Notes under the pieces: generated by a model
Seen by the model: the letters and a program-made list of their open reading frames with translations, nothing else
Database searches by the model: none
Told to the model about the DNA's origin: nothing
Assembly (NCBI GenBank): GCA_951406725.2
Contig: OX597831.1
Location: 39,556,001-39,620,000 of the forward strand
Origin: Octopus vulgaris
Lineage: Eukaryota
DNA: 64,000 nt
Direction: 5' to 3'
Shown here: piece by piece, positions 30,525 through 44,961 of the stretch
Layout of the letters: each line of letters opens with the position of its first letter
Position numbering within the stretch: position 1 is the stretch's first letter
Made by a program: the position numbers and the translations under genes

Positions 30525-30885
30525 AATATATATATACATACATACATACATACATACATACATACATACATACATGCATGCATACATACATACATGCATG
30601 CATGCATACATACATACAATACATGCATACATACATGCAATACATACATACATACATACAATACATACATACATACAATACATACATACATACATACATA
30701 CATACATACATACATACATACATGCAATACATACATACAATACATACATACATACATACATACAATACATACATACATACATACATACAATACATACAAA
30801 CATACATACATACATACATACATACATACATACATACATACATACATACATACATACAATACATACATACATACATATATGCATG
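30495..30885. repeat. (TACA)n microsatellite
   Basis: Direct reading. Confidence 0.95.
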
Positions 30886-31308
30886 CATACGTTTACACGC
30901 GTTTACACAAACATGCATACATATATATGTTTTCCTTCTCTTTCGTAAAGTGTAAAACCCGAAAAGTTAGTCTCTCTTTTATTCCTTTCATTGATTGTTA
31001 TTCTTTCGTTTCGTTGGTATATGTATATCAGGTTTATTGGTTTAACAAACAATCTCTACTTTACTTAATTTCAATAATCCTTCGGAAATGCTTATTGACA
31101 CTTTTGGGGATCTTTAGCCTATTTGATCTTCGATTCAAGTGTTTTTCTTGCATGTGTGTGTGTGGGGGGAGTGTATGTATATACACCGCTATACATGTAT
31201 ATGTTTGTATATATGTGTATGTATGTACATAGAAAGGTATATGTTTGTGTCTAGGTCTTTATGCATTCATGTGTATGTATACACACACGCACTCGCATAC
31301 ATGCACAA

Positions 31309-31349
<41 letters not shown>

Positions 31350-31814
31350 TAAATATATAAAGTAAAGATACAGAAACATATATATATATAAACACACGCA
31401 CATATACACACGCTGAAACACGCTCGCACACATGTACACACACAAATTTATTCTGATCGCCGATGATAAAATTTGCTGACAATGCTAAAAATATGAAAAA
31501 TCATGAAATCCAACAACAAAAACAATAACAACACCAATAAAAGATATATAATGATATTTTTGTAGAACAAGGTCGCTCAGAAAAATATTTTTCATTGATC
31601 TATGATATAACTAAATCAAATTCTAAACCAATATCGGAGACATGTTAGAAATATAAAATTAAAGCGTTAAAGGATGTGAAAAAATATATATATGAAAGCT
31701 ACGAAACACTTATGATAAGAAATAAAAAATTGTGTTCAAATTTTTTATACGAAAGAATCGATAATCAGAATAGCTAAGGAAAATATATATATAGCTTTTG
31801 TATTCGAGAAATAA

Positions 31815-33098
31815 GGCACGAAAATTTGAGGGGAGGGGCCTTGTCGATTTGATCGAACCCAATACGCAACTGGTAATTAATTTATTGATCTTGAAAAGAT
31901 AAAAGGCAAAGTCGACCTCGGCGGAATTTGAACTCAGAAAGTAAAGACAGACGAAATACCGCTGTGCAGTTCGCCCGACGTGCTAACGTTTCTTATTTTT
32001 TTATTGCCCACAAGGGGCTAAACATAGAGGGGACAGACAAAGGGATTAGGTCGATTACATCGATCCCAGTGCGTAACTGGTAATTAATTTATCGACCCCG
32101 AAAAGATGAAAGGCAAAGTTGACCTCGGTGGAATTTGAACTCAGAACGTAAAGACAGACGAAATACCGCTGTGCAGTTCGCCCGACGTGCTAACGTTTCT
32201 TATTTCTTTATTGCCCACAAGGGGCTAAATATAGAGGGGACAAAAAAGGACAAAGGGATTAGGTCGATTACAGTGCGTAAATGATACTTAATTTATCGAC
32301 CCGAAAAGATGAAAGGCAAAGTCGACCTCGGCGGAATTTGAACTCTGAACGTAGCGGCAGACGAAATACCGTTACGCATTTCGCCCAACGTGTTAACGTT
32401 TCTGCCAGCTCGCGCTAACGTTTCGGCCCTTCTCAAATAACTGGATAATTTTGTAGTTTTTCGTTAATTCCAGTATCTGAAGCATAAGGTGTGATTGTTG
32501 AATCTTGCTTCGAAATTTCCCCTCTGTGAAACCCTCATATCTCGTGGACGAATGTGTATTATTAGCGTTCGTGGAACTTACGGTGGCTTCATAATGGCCT
32601 CGGTCATACAGGCTCCATTCAGTGGGCACGAACGCTAATAATACAGTTTTGAACTCAGAACATAAAGACAGATGAAATACCTATTTCTTTACAACCCACA
32701 AGGGGCTAAACACAGAGAGGACAAACAAGGACAGACAAACGGATTAAGTCGATTATATCGACGCCAGTGCGTAACTGGTACTTATTAAATCGACCCCGAA
32801 AGGATGAAAGGCAAAGTCGACCTAAGCGGAATTTGAAATCAGAACGTAGCGGCAGACGAAATACCTATTTCTTTACTACCCACAAGGGGCTAAACACAGA
32901 GAGGACAAACAAGGACATACAAACGGATTTAGTCGATTATATCGACCCCAGTGCGTAAATGGTACTTATTAAATCGACCCCGAAAGGATGAAAGGCAAAG
33001 TCGACCTCGGCTGAATTTGAACTCAGAACGTAGCGGCAGACGAAATACCGCTAAGCATTTCGCCCGGCGTGCTAACGTTTCTGCCAGCTCGCCGCCTT
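31815..33098 (-). mobile_element. Two head-to-tail multimers of SINE family A (31815-32415, 32648-33098)
   Basis: Repeated body+tail units joined at AACGTTTCT|TATTT and GAAATACC|TATTTC. Confidence 0.9.
32555..32645. repeat. Perfect 19-bp inverted repeat with a 53-nt spacer
   Basis: TGTATTATTAGCGTTCGTG ... CACGAACGCTAATAATACA. Confidence 0.9.
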
Positions 33099-33187
33099 AT
33101 AAATCCATATGTTACCTATAAATTCAACCAATATAAAAAGGGTTGATTAAGCTGTTTCTCAGTAGATTGAAAAATAACTGATAAACA

Positions 33188-33230
33188 ATCTTACCCGATT
33201 TTCGAAACATATTGGACTCTCATCAGAGAC
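33188..33230 (-). ncRNA. Degenerate hammerhead-like motif
   Basis: GTCT-CTGATGA-GAG..TTC-GAAA-ATCGGG-TA-AGAT; helix III mismatched. Confidence 0.4.
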
Positions 33231-33432
33231 GTTTACATTCAATTTCACCAATACCGGAGAAACAAGCAGAAAATCTGTTTATATATTAAACAATTGCAGT
33301 AGCTACAAAAAAAAAAACTGGGATTACGAATTTGCATACCGTGTTAACACTTCACTCATACATACGTGTCGCGAGTGTGTATATTTATGTAAACACTATA
33401 TGAGTGTATATTTATATAGGCTAGTGTGTGTG

Positions 33433-33470
<38 letters not shown>

Positions 33471-33973
33471 CTGTATGTGTGTACATATGTGTGTACGTGT
33501 GCGTTTGTGTGTGCTTCTGTGTGTTTGTGTGTATATATATATATATATATTACACACACACACATCTCCGTGCTCGTGCGTAAAATGAAAACGTGATGTA
33601 GATCACATGCGCATGTACATGATCGATAACAGCATTGTAAACAACTGCAAAAACAACCACAAATTAACAAAAACAACAACACATAATTACGCGTCCCCTT
33701 TAGGGACCAGCTGACACAATTCTTCTTCCCTTCTGCAGACAAGATAAACTACACCACGATATTGTACTAGTAAACAAGACCTACTAAATTTTCTATTGAA
33801 ATTGTTTTCTTTATTCTGTTCAGCAAAATTGAAATTTTTTTATTTTTATATCTTCTAACTTTGACGTTGATATCTCTCACGATCCGTTTTTTTAAAGTAT
33901 TTTGCTTTGTATTGTGTTTGTTGTTTTTATGTATTTACTTATTTATTTACTCAGTAATGCAATTGCCACTTGT

Positions 33974-33976
<3 letters not shown>

Positions 33977-34058
<82 letters not shown>

Positions 34059-34120
34059 CACAGCAGCAGCAGTAGTAATAGTGGTGGTAGTGTTAGTAGT
34101 AATAGTAGTAGCAGCAACAA

Positions 34121-34194
<74 letters not shown>
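33977..34194. repeat. (AGT)n microsatellite
   Basis: Direct reading. Confidence 0.95.
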
Positions 34195-34195
<1 letters not shown>

Positions 34196-35005
34196 GGATA
34201 TTTTTTCTGTGGAAATCTCAAAGTTCATTGAAAATTTTAAAATTTGGTGTATTAAAGTACTTTTCCATGCTGAATCTCAGGAGAAATTTCACATTTTTAA
34301 AAGAACATTTTAAAAATAAAGTTATAAAGATTTTAACGTTTGATCAATTTTACCCAGTCAGAAAACAGGATTAGGAAGCTGTCATTTTGTGCGTGACTGC
34401 ACGTGTTGTCAACTGTAAATAAATGAAATATTGGCGAAATTCTGCTTTCCGCATGCCATATAACCCCTGATAACTTTTTTTTTATTTTTTGGAATTTTCA
34501 GAAAATTTTTCCGAATTTGTATTCTACACACGGGGATTCATATGATTATGCAAAAACAAAAAACAAAAATTTTGAGGTGCGTGATCTAAGGCCTATTTAA
34601 CTATTATTTTTAGCACATCTAACAACCACCTCAATGAGTAGAATATATTTGTGAACATGTGTTCTTGCAGACGCTTGGTTTGTTACTATGAAAACGGGCA
34701 TAAATGTATTTGTGGCTTACGATTGACTAAACTTAGCCAACATTTGCAAACGTTAAAAGCTGTTAACTCTCTATTGATTTATGGCGAAAATGAATTTTAT
34801 GTCAATGATTAACATACAAAAACTAAATCGTTACACCAAATATGAAATCAATTGGAATAGAAATTGAAGAAATTAAAAAGTGGCAACCAAACAGGAAAGA
34901 TCTGTTGGGAGACACAAAGTTTTCTAACATTTTTCTAACATAACGACTTAAATATATTCTTTAACCTCATAACACAAGCCTTCTGTAACTTTTTCACTCT
35001 TTTTT

Positions 35006-35037
<32 letters not shown>

Positions 35038-35113
35038 TTAATCCAAACATGAAAACACAAAGAGGAAACAACAACGCGAGGACGTGGAACAAGTATAGTA
35101 TTATTGGACGCTC

Positions 35114-35146
<33 letters not shown>

Positions 35147-35213
35147 TAAGAAAGTAAGAAAATGGAGATATACTATTTAATAATAATTTATTATCTGCAG
35201 AAATCAAGCATAG

Positions 35214-35299
35214 ACCTTTACAGCTGTTTCAATTAAGCCTAAAAGATTTAAATACCAATGATTAAAATCATTATATTAAGCAAAATCTCTTCAGAGGGG
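35214..35299 (-). ncRNA. Minimal hammerhead motif in a Penelope-like repeat with a nearby inverted partial copy (35360-35515)
   Basis: CCCCT-CTGAAGA-GATT..AATT-GAAA-CAGCTG-TA-AAGGT; stem I imperfect. Confidence 0.55.
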
Positions 35300-35744
35300 T
35301 AGAAAAGAATATATACCCGTTAAGTTTTTTTATGTGTTCTATTTTAGAATACATCACAGCCTAATATAATGATTTTAATAATTGCCTAATATAATGATTT
35401 TGATAATTTCTATTTAATCTTTTAGGCTTAATTGAAACAGTAGTGAGGGACTATAGTTGATTTTTGCAGATAATAAATTTTCATCAAAAGCTATGACTCC
35501 ATTTTCTTATTTCCTTTTGAATGATTATAAACCATGCTTTGTATACAAACCTAGTGTTTTATGAATATTATCATTCACAACAAATATTAGGTATTGAACC
35601 AGTAATTCATTTGATGATGCCATCCCTTAATGAGGCTAATTTAACCTCAAATTGAATTTATATATTGTCTACTCACTTGTGTGTGTATATATATATACAT
35701 ATATATATACATATATATATACATATATATATACATATATATAC

Positions 35745-35775
<31 letters not shown>

Positions 35776-36267
35776 CATATATATATACATATATATATAT
35801 ATACATATATATATATTCATGTATATATACATATATACATATATATATATACATAGATATATATATATACATATATATATACGTGTATATATATACATAT
35901 ATATACGTGTATATATATATACATATATATATTTATCCACTCACACATACATCTATAAATATCTACCTATTAATATATATTTTTTATATAGTGAGTATCC
36001 GTTCAATCTTCGTGTGTGTGTTGGTGTGTGTGGCGAGAGAAAGCGGGGGTGGGCGGAATTGACAGATACATACATACTTACGTACATATATACATAAGAC
36101 AGACAGACACGCATACTTACGTAGATAGATACATACATACATACATACATACATACATACATACATACATACATACTTACGTAGATACATACGTACATAC
36201 ATACATACGTACATACATTCTGAATCTGTATCACTATGCTCGCACACACACACACACACACACGCAC

Positions 36268-36331
<64 letters not shown>

Positions 36332-36751
36332 ACACACATGCAGAGCCGCACACGCACGCACACACTCGACCTAACGTCACATCTGGCTGCTTACTTCGAA
36401 ATGCTTGAGCGGTCGCTATTTTACATTCGTTCATTTCTTCCTTCTTCTGTCTCTTCTTTTACCGTTTTTATTTAAGTTTATTTAGCTTATTTTAAATTCT
36501 TTTCATTTCTTTCTCAAATATATTTGATATTCTCCCTTTTTTTTTTGCTCTTTTCTTTTTTCTTTTTTTCTTTCTTTTTTTTTTTTTTTTTTTTTTTTTT
36601 TCATATGTCTATCAAACAAACCCCGGAACCACTTTTCTATGATTGTATCGTTTGCTTTCAAAATGGGAGCGAACGATGCCTGCTCCCTTAACCGGTCGAC
36701 ATGAAAAACAGGATGGATTAGTCACTCACTGTTGCAGTTCTCGGGCCCGCT

Positions 36752-36754
<3 letters not shown>

Positions 36755-36786
<32 letters not shown>

Positions 36787-37400
36787 CCTCTCTCTTGTTC
36801 TCTCTCTCTCTTTCTCTCCTAATCTCTGTCCCTATCTCTCTTCCTCCACTCTCTCCCGTCCTCTCTCCTTCTCTTCCCCACTTTCTCTCCTACACTCTCT
36901 TCCTCTCACCTTCTCTTTCCCTCTTTCTTTCCTCCACTCTCTCTTTCTCTCTTCCTCCACTCTCTCCCGTCCTCTCTCCTTCTCTTCCCCTCTTTCTCTC
37001 TCCTCCTCTCTCTCTTCCTTTATCCTTCTCTCAATCTTTATCTCTTCAATTTCTCTATCTCTCCCCTTCTTTCTTTCCCTCTCTATCTATCTCACTCTCT
37101 CTCTATCTATCTCACTCTCTCTCTTTATCACTCTTCCTCTCCCTCTCTTTCCCTCTCACCCACTCGTCTTCTCTCTCACTCCACCTCTCTTTGACCTCTC
37201 CCTTTCTCACTCTATCTCTCTCCCTTACTCTCTATCTGTTCCCCCCTTCCTCTTCCTCTACTTATCACACTCTCTCTCCACCTCTGCTCTACTCCCTCTC
37301 TCATTCTTTTTGTCTCTCCGTTTCTCTTCCTCCAAACTTTCCTTCCCTCATTGTTCTTATATCACCTCTCTCTTTCCTGTTCGTCCTTTCCACCAAATTG
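36755..37400. repeat. (CA)n then a long CT-rich polypyrimidine tract with an internal duplication
   Basis: Direct reading. Confidence 0.9.
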
Positions 37401-37529
37401 TTTTAAACCAGAAACCGGTAAACTTAGATTATTCACCGCAAAGCGAAGAGCTGGCAGAATTCTTAGCACGCCGTGCAAAATGCTTAGCGGTGTTTCGCTC
37501 GTCGCTACGTTCTGAGTTCAAATTCAGCC

Positions 37530-37751
37530 ATGAAGTTGTTTTTGAAAGGAAAGCATTTCCCAGATGATGCAGCCTTGATTTCTGAAGTCACGTCGTAGTT
37601 GGAGGACCAAGCTGGGGTCTTCTACAAAAATGGTCTCCAGAGCTGCATCAAGCGATGGGAAAAACGCGTAACTCTAGGTGGTTTCTATGTAGAAAAAGAC
37701 TAATAATTGTGCCAAGTTTCGTTGCTCTACTGCTATTGAACGCCCCTCGTA
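37530..37751 (+). mobile_element. 3' end of a different mariner family
   Basis: LKGKHFPDD..FYKNGL..KRWEKRV..GFYVEKD*; ends ATTGAACGCCCCTCGTA. Confidence 0.8.
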
Positions 37752-37981
37752 GTAGAAAGGATTATTCACCGATTCATGAAATCGTTTACAACAACTTAGC
37801 AACATACACCAGACAAATTTCTACAATGAAATTAAACGGTGCAAGCGTGGTTGTGTGGTCAATAAATTTCCTTCCCAAACAGGTGATCTTGGGTTCAATC
37901 CAACTGTGCGGCACATTGAAGATAAACCTATCGGCACTTTAGAATAACTTTGTAACTTCTGTCAGTTAAACAATAACTACC

Positions 37982-38081
37982 CAGTAGTTCTCAAATTTCT
38001 CACTGTGGCTCCCAAAAGTGGTTCCCAATCTTTGTATTTAAAATGAGTTTTCCCATGGACCTCTTTTAATATGCTTATCCT

Positions 38082-38136
<55 letters not shown>

Positions 38137-38794
38137 ATGTATGTATGTATGTATGTATGTATGTATGTATGTATGTATGTATGTATGTATGTGTATGTGT
38201 ATGTGTGTGTGTATAAAGGAATACAAAAAAGGGACAAAGAAAAAACACGGACGCGTCATTCGAAGTTTTCTTTCCTCAGTCGAGTTCCAGATTATCTTTG
38301 CAATTTCGGCTGGTTATACCCGAGATTGCTTCAATCTGGCCGGCCACAAACTAAGCTTAGAGCGCTAGATTCCTTAGAAGAAAGAAGCGAATATATACGA
38401 AAATAAAGGCGGAAAAATAAACGGAGAAATGGTACACAAATACAAAGACAAATAACAGGGCATAACAACAGGTGTCTTTCGACTAACAACGAATTAAATT
38501 AAGCTGGCGTGCGTGGAAGTGAAGCCTTACGGCAGAGATATAGGAGATGACAGGCATGGGGAGGAATATAGATGCTGCACGGATGGTAGTCGAACCAAGA
38601 AAGAACATCGGTCACGTGGGGAGAAAGGAAAGAGGTAGAGGCAAAGGGACAGAAGAATTAGGGAGGGACACACACACACACACACACACATATATACGTG
38701 AAATTTTGAATTTACTTAATGGACCCCTAGTACTACCTTTGCAAACTACCAGAGGTCCCTCAGAGGTCTGCGAACCCCAGGTTGTAAACCACTG
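37982..38794. mobile_element. hAT (Charlie-like) non-autonomous element with nested microsatellites and a repeat related to 17915-18035
   Basis: Ends CAGTAGTTCTCAA ... TTGTAAACCACTG; flanks AACTACC / AACTACT as an imperfect TSD. Confidence 0.5.
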
Positions 38795-39068
38795 AACTAC
38801 TACAATAACGGTAATGGTTATGGAGAGGATAACGACAATGACGACGATACAGACGACAAAGATGATGATGATGAGGAGGAGGAGGAGGAGGAGGAAGAGG
38901 AGGAGGAGGAGGAGGAGGAGGAGGATAGTGATAGTGATGTTGGTAGTTTCAAATTTTGGCACACGATCAGCAGTTTCATGGCAGAAGCGACGACCCTATT
39001 ATTTGACTGGTACTTTATTATATCGACCCGAAAGGATGAAAAGGAAAGTGAACCATGGCAGCAGCAGA

Positions 39069-39159
<91 letters not shown>

Positions 39160-39304
39160 ATGGCAGCATCAGCAATGGCAGCAGCAGCAGCAGTAGCAGT
39201 AGAAATAATATTAATGATCTTTTCTTTATTGGCCACAAGTGTTGAACACAAAACAAAAAGGAACAAGACAATACATGAGACAAGTGGGACTTAGCATGAT
39301 GATG

Positions 39305-39365
<61 letters not shown>

Positions 39366-39402
39366 TAATAAGAATATTATAATAATAATAATAATAATAA
39401 TA

Positions 39403-39815
39403 GTTGTTTGACCTTAACCAGTTGAGCATGTCCCTTAGTGGCTGACGATATGTGCATCTCTGATCACGAGCAGAAGTAGTGGGGGAGCATCATAGCCATG
39501 TGTTGAGAAGGATTCTTTGGGGTTTGAATAATTCACCTCTGGAAACATGGGTGTTTCGTTCAACGTCCTTAAACAACCCTTATTCAGGGACCTTTTGAGC
39601 GGGATGGGTTACTCGATCTGAATAAAATTCTAACTGGGCTCCACCTGCAAGGTCATGTGCTGTTTATCTTGATATGAGATCACCATGTCGCGCACATATG
39701 GTTGTGATGCATGTGCCTGGTGTACCTTTATCAGACGGGTAGTCATGATGGGTATACTGGGCTTCGTATATTTTACCCCAGTGTCACTTTGATGGCATGC
39801 TCTGCTCGCTCACTC

Positions 39816-39858
<43 letters not shown>

Positions 39859-41003
39859 TTTTTTTTAGACATTCATTAGTACAACACCAAAAACTCACCC
39901 CCCACCCCCAAATATATGGCACACTAGGCATAACAACAACATGAACTTCCAACCTGTTGTCTCTTGAGGTCTCTGGGTGAGACTTGGAGCCAACTTGTAC
40001 AAATATAAAGCAAAAGTCAAACATGGAATGATAATAATAATAATAATGAATGCCTTGATTTAGTACCAGGTACTAGCTCTCGTGGCTTCTGATCTTCACT
40101 GATTGGAAGTGTTATCATGTGCATTTTTTTGTCTTGGTGTAAAAAAGAGCAACAGGAAATATTCTACTCAATACCACAGATATGCTTGTCAGTTGTTTGA
40201 CCTTAACCAGTTGAGCATGTCTCTCAGTGGCTGACGATATGTGCATCTCTGATCACGAGCAGAAGTAGCGGGGGAGCATCATAGCCATGTGCTGAGAGGA
40301 TAATCCACCTCTGGAAACATGAGGTTTTCGTTCAACATTCTCAAACAGCCTTTATTCAGAAATCTTTTGAGCAGGATGGGTTACTCAACCAGAAGAACAT
40401 TCAACTAGGCTCCACCTGTAAGACCATGCGCTGTTTATCTTGATATGAGATCACCATGTCGCACACATATGGTTGTGATGCATGTGCCTGGTGTACCCTT
40501 ATCACACAGGTAGTCACGATGGGTATACTGGGCTTTGTATATTTTACTCCAGTGTCACTTTGATGGCATGCACTGTTCTGAGAATTGCTAAATCCTGTGG
40601 GATGCAACGGTCCAGTGCAGAAACCGGACATCGGAATCTGGACATCGTTGTGGTGTATAAAAAAGAAAGAACATGTATGATAATCGACATAGCATGCGCC
40701 GGTGACAACAGGATCGATGTGAAAGAAGAAAAAAATAAACAACTATGACGATTTAAAGTGGGAAATACGAAGGTTGTGGTCAATGAGGAGAGGTGACATG
40801 ATGCCAACAATAATTGGCGCATTTGGATGTATCAGCACTCAAATGCCAACAATGCTGGAAAAGATTGGTGCAAGTGTGAAGGTAGAATACCTACAAGAAT
40901 CAGCATTGCTTGGAACTGCAAGAATTCTGCGCAGGGTTCTTGAAGCATGATCAGTAAACAAGTGTCGCCTTAGTCTGCTGGCTGTGGACAGCTGACATTT
41001 CAT
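39403..41003 (+). mobile_element. Stack in (AAT)n: family D, R4-like 3' UTR (39862-40030), family D, R4/Dong-like endonuclease fragment (40580-41003)
   Basis: Matches to 3828-4885; ILWD..LDIVVV..IIDIACAGD..LQESALLGTARILRRVLEA*. Confidence 0.85.
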
Positions 41004-41303
41004 ATAATAACGATAATAACGATGATAACGATCATAACGATCATAACGATGATAACGATGATAACGATAATGATGATGATGATAATGATAACGATAAGGG
41101 TGATGATGATGATAACGATAATGATGATGAAGATAATGATAACGATAATGATGATGATGATGACAACGATAACGATGATGATAACGATAATGATAACGAT
41201 AATGATAACGATAATGATGACGATAATGATGATGATAACGATGATGATAACGATGATGACGATGACGATGACGATGACCACGACGATGACGACGACGATG
41301 ATG
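41003..41303. repeat. (GATAAC)/(GAT) microsatellite
   Basis: Direct reading. Confidence 0.9.
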
Positions 41304-41558
41304 TAATAGGATCAGTCTAGTGATCGTGGTAAAACGCAGCTGGTTAGCCTGTAAGATAAACACATCTGTTATAAAAAAAAATTACAAATGACTCGATAAT
41401 AAACCGATAAAATTTGTTTATCAATGCATCAAATACAGTTCGATCCATATCGAGATCAGACAGAAAATTCCGTTATGAGAGGTGTTATACACCTCAACAA
41501 ACATTACTTATAATGCGATAATCAAATCTCTGAATAGAAGGGACAGAAGAGGTAATCC

Positions 41559-41617
41559 AGTACTACAGCTGTTTCGAGAGTACACCGGGTGCATTTTACG
41601 TAACATCATGATGTACT
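41559..41617 (-). ncRNA. Decayed hammerhead-like motif
   Basis: AGTAC-ATCATGA (2 changes from CTGATGA)-...-GAAA-CAGCTG-TA-GTACT. Confidence 0.3.
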
Positions 41618-42386
41618 TTTGAAGCAACTATAGTAATCGACTAGCTTTTCCAATCCCTTTCATTTACAGATATGCGTGCGCGTGAGAGTGTCTGCGTTCG
41701 CGTCCGTGCGCGTGTGAATATCGTGATCTTCCCGCGTTTTATGAAGTAGGGTATGGTTTGGTCGATGTCTTCATTATATGATATACAATAGAGATATACT
41801 GGTTTAATGCCCCCATTAGAATACTTAGAAAGGGTAACATATGGACACTCGACAAGGGAGAGAGAGGGGGGAGCGAGGGAGGCGAGGGCGGAGTGAGGGG
41901 GAGCGGGGGGGAGCGAGGGAGAGCGAGGGGGGTTAGAATATTGAATTAAATAATATGTTTAGATATGTAGGTGTGGGAAGATGTCAATGAGTGCGAGGGA
42001 GTGTGTGTATTGAAATGAGTGCGAGGGCGTGTGTGTATTGAAATACACATGAGAATAAAGACGCATTCGAGTGTAAGAATCTTCACGCATGCTCACTAAT
42101 CTACGTCACACATATACAAACACGTACGCCCATAATAATACGTCATCGAAGTTGCCTCACTCTCGCTCTCATAATTTCTCTTCCGGTGATATTCTAGTTC
42201 AGCATTACGAACTGAATTTACAGGTTATCTCACTTTCTTTATTTCTATCAATTATTAACAATAAAAATATGAATACGTGCATACGGTTGTTCGGCGATGG
42301 TGGGGGACAAACACAGACACACAAACACGCACACATACACATACACATATATATAATAAACACTCAAATTTATGCTGTTCGATATA

Positions 42387-42606
42387 CAGGTTTGGCCAAA
42401 AGTCACCCAACAGTAAATCATAATACCATAAATACTTAATATTCAATTTTATTTATTCATTCCATTTGTGAATGTTTAATAATTGAATGCTGTGAGTTAG
42501 AATCACCATTTATTTAAGCATTAGTCTTTTACTGGCGAAGTCTCATTCAGTTGTTAAACATAAATAAATGTTGGGATTAAATAGTTGTGACTTTTGGCCA
42601 ACCCTG
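42387..42606. mobile_element. Tc1/mariner-type MITE (220 bp)
   Basis: TIRs CAGG(T/G)TTGGCCAAAAGTCAC, TA flanks. Confidence 0.88.
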
Positions 42607-42983
42607 TATATATAGTTGAAATTTATAGAAAAACAAACGACGAAGACACGTGTATGAACAACAAGAAGGTGTATTAGTTTGACGCTCGGGAAAATAAAAG
42701 TCTTTTACGTTTCGAGTCTATGCTCTTCAACAGAAAAAAAATGCGAGAAAATAAACAGAGAAGGAAAAAAAACAACCTGTAGATTTAGTGATCAAGCATG
42801 GCGACTGATTGGGAAAAAAGGGCTTGAAAGAAGAGGTTGGAAGGGCGGGAAATAATAAAGTGATGGTGACCCCACACGAAGGAGCGTATGCATGTGTATG
42901 TATGTGTATGTATGTGAGAATGGTGTGTGTAAATGTGTCTCTGTGTGAATAGAGGCTAGAGTGTGTGTGTGTGTGTGTGTGTG

Positions 42984-42989
<6 letters not shown>

Positions 42990-43018
<29 letters not shown>

Positions 43019-43788
43019 GTGTGCGTGCATGCGTGTTTGTGTAGCTATGTTTGACTGTGTGTTTTAGTCTCATTGCCTGACAGTCGGTGTTGGTTTGTTT
43101 ACGTCCTCATAACTTAGCCGTTCGCCCAAAGGGACAGACGGAATAAGTACCAAATTGTTCAACTAAAGCTTTTGAGACGGTGCCCCAGCATGGCCGCAAT
43201 CCAATGACTGAGACCAGTGAAAGATATAAGATTAAAAAAATCATTGCTCCACTCTGTATTACTCTTTTTTATTTAATCTTTTTATCGTTTACTTGTTTCA
43301 CGCATTAGACTGCGGCCATGCTAGGGTACCACCTTGAAGAAATTTTTAGTCGAATGTATCGACTCCAGTACTTTTCTTTATTTTGCCGAACCGCTAAGTT
43401 ACGGGGACGTAAACACACCAGCACGGTTATCAAGCTGTTGTAGGGGGACAAACACAGACACAAAAAACGTACAGACGGACAGATACACACACGCACACAA
43501 ATTACCATTCATTATTTTTACTATTAGTTATGTAGCTAAATTTAGATTGAATCAAATGGAATTAAATGTCATTATCATGCCTTGCCTAACTGTTTGCCTT
43601 TCCTCACTACTTTAACATGTACCTACTGACTCAAAGGGAAGTCACCTTTAGCCGTTTTGAGCAAGACAATCTCATAGCCACAACTTCAACGGTTGTTCAA
43701 ACTGGAATTTTGGTGGCACACCTCTTTGAGCACTCGGAATGCACATCTGTTAGTTTGAGTTATTCTGACGAAATCTCCTCATATCCTA

Positions 43789-43839
<51 letters not shown>

Positions 43840-44052
43840 ATATGTGTGTGTATGAGTGAGCGCGTGTGTGTGTGTGTGTGTATGTGTGTGCGCGGTGGGG
43901 GGGATTCTTTCAATTTCCGTCTACCAGATCCTCTCAAAAGTCTTTGTTCGGCTCTAGGCTATGGTAGAAGACACTTGCGCCCAAGGTGTCGCACAGTGGG
44001 ACTGAACCCTGAACCATGTGATAGGGAAGCAAGCTTCTTACCACACAGCTAC
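42990..44052. mobile_element. SINE family C fragments in both orientations
   Basis: Tail GGTGCCCCAGCATGGCCGC and head motifs. Confidence 0.75.
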
Positions 44053-44780
44053 GTTTATATATCATTTTCCAAGACTGCGAATTCGTTAGATTTGAAATTA
44101 ATAAATTTCTAGCTGCTTCGAGGAGAAAATATACCTTCAAAGTTTCACTGCTTCTCATGGCAAAAAGTTCTATATGGTTGACTTCCCATTTAAGTATTAG
44201 CAGAAACACATAGCAAGTTGTATTTCATACTGCATTCTTTAGAGATGTTCTTTAAAAGCTAAATTTACGGGAAGCCATCTGTACGGTTAACCTACGTTCC
44301 ACAAATTATCGAGTGCATTTTTTTTCCCGGGAACAACTTTCACAGCCTTTGAAGTAAATTATAAATTATTCTAATTAAAGTGATTGCCGTTTGGAATTAT
44401 AAATGGATTTTTAGCAGAGCAATGAGAGAATTCGTTAAGAAGTCAACGACTTAAAAGGGTTCCAAAATACGGTGAAGGTGTGGCGATGTGTGGAGAAAAT
44501 AAAAGGATCGATGGTGAAAACTTGAAAGCGTTTCTCCCAGCATGCCTATGAGGTAAGGCTCTCTTTCATCTCTGTAGCTGGGGTGGGATATCATCTTGAA
44601 GGGTTTTTACTCTTCCAAGTACATTTTTTTTGTTGTTGTTTTGCTTTCTTTGTAAAGTCAGACATTTATTCTATCGCTCTCTTTTGCAGAACCGCTAAGT
44701 TACCGAGACATAAACAAACCAGCACCGGTTGTCAAGTGAAGTGAGGGGAACAAGCATACAAACGCATATGCATATATATA

Positions 44781-44961
44781 TACTAGAGAGTGTTGAAAAG
44801 CTCCTGGCTTTAAGGATGTCACGAAAGGTCTGGTTGGAGGCCCAATCTTTCGAGTTCTTTTACAGGGCTTAGAAAAATTGTGTGTGAATCTGAGAGGGGA
44901 ATATGTTGAATAAAATTATAATTTTCTTTTACTTAAAAACCAGGAACTTTACAGCATCCCA

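Noticed and set aside
34195-34590. Possible MITE-like AT-rich DNA element
   Set aside because: No clear TIRs or TSD could be defined
39435-39490. CTGACGA in family D as a hammerhead or C/D box
   Set aside because: No GAAA or stem arrangement around it
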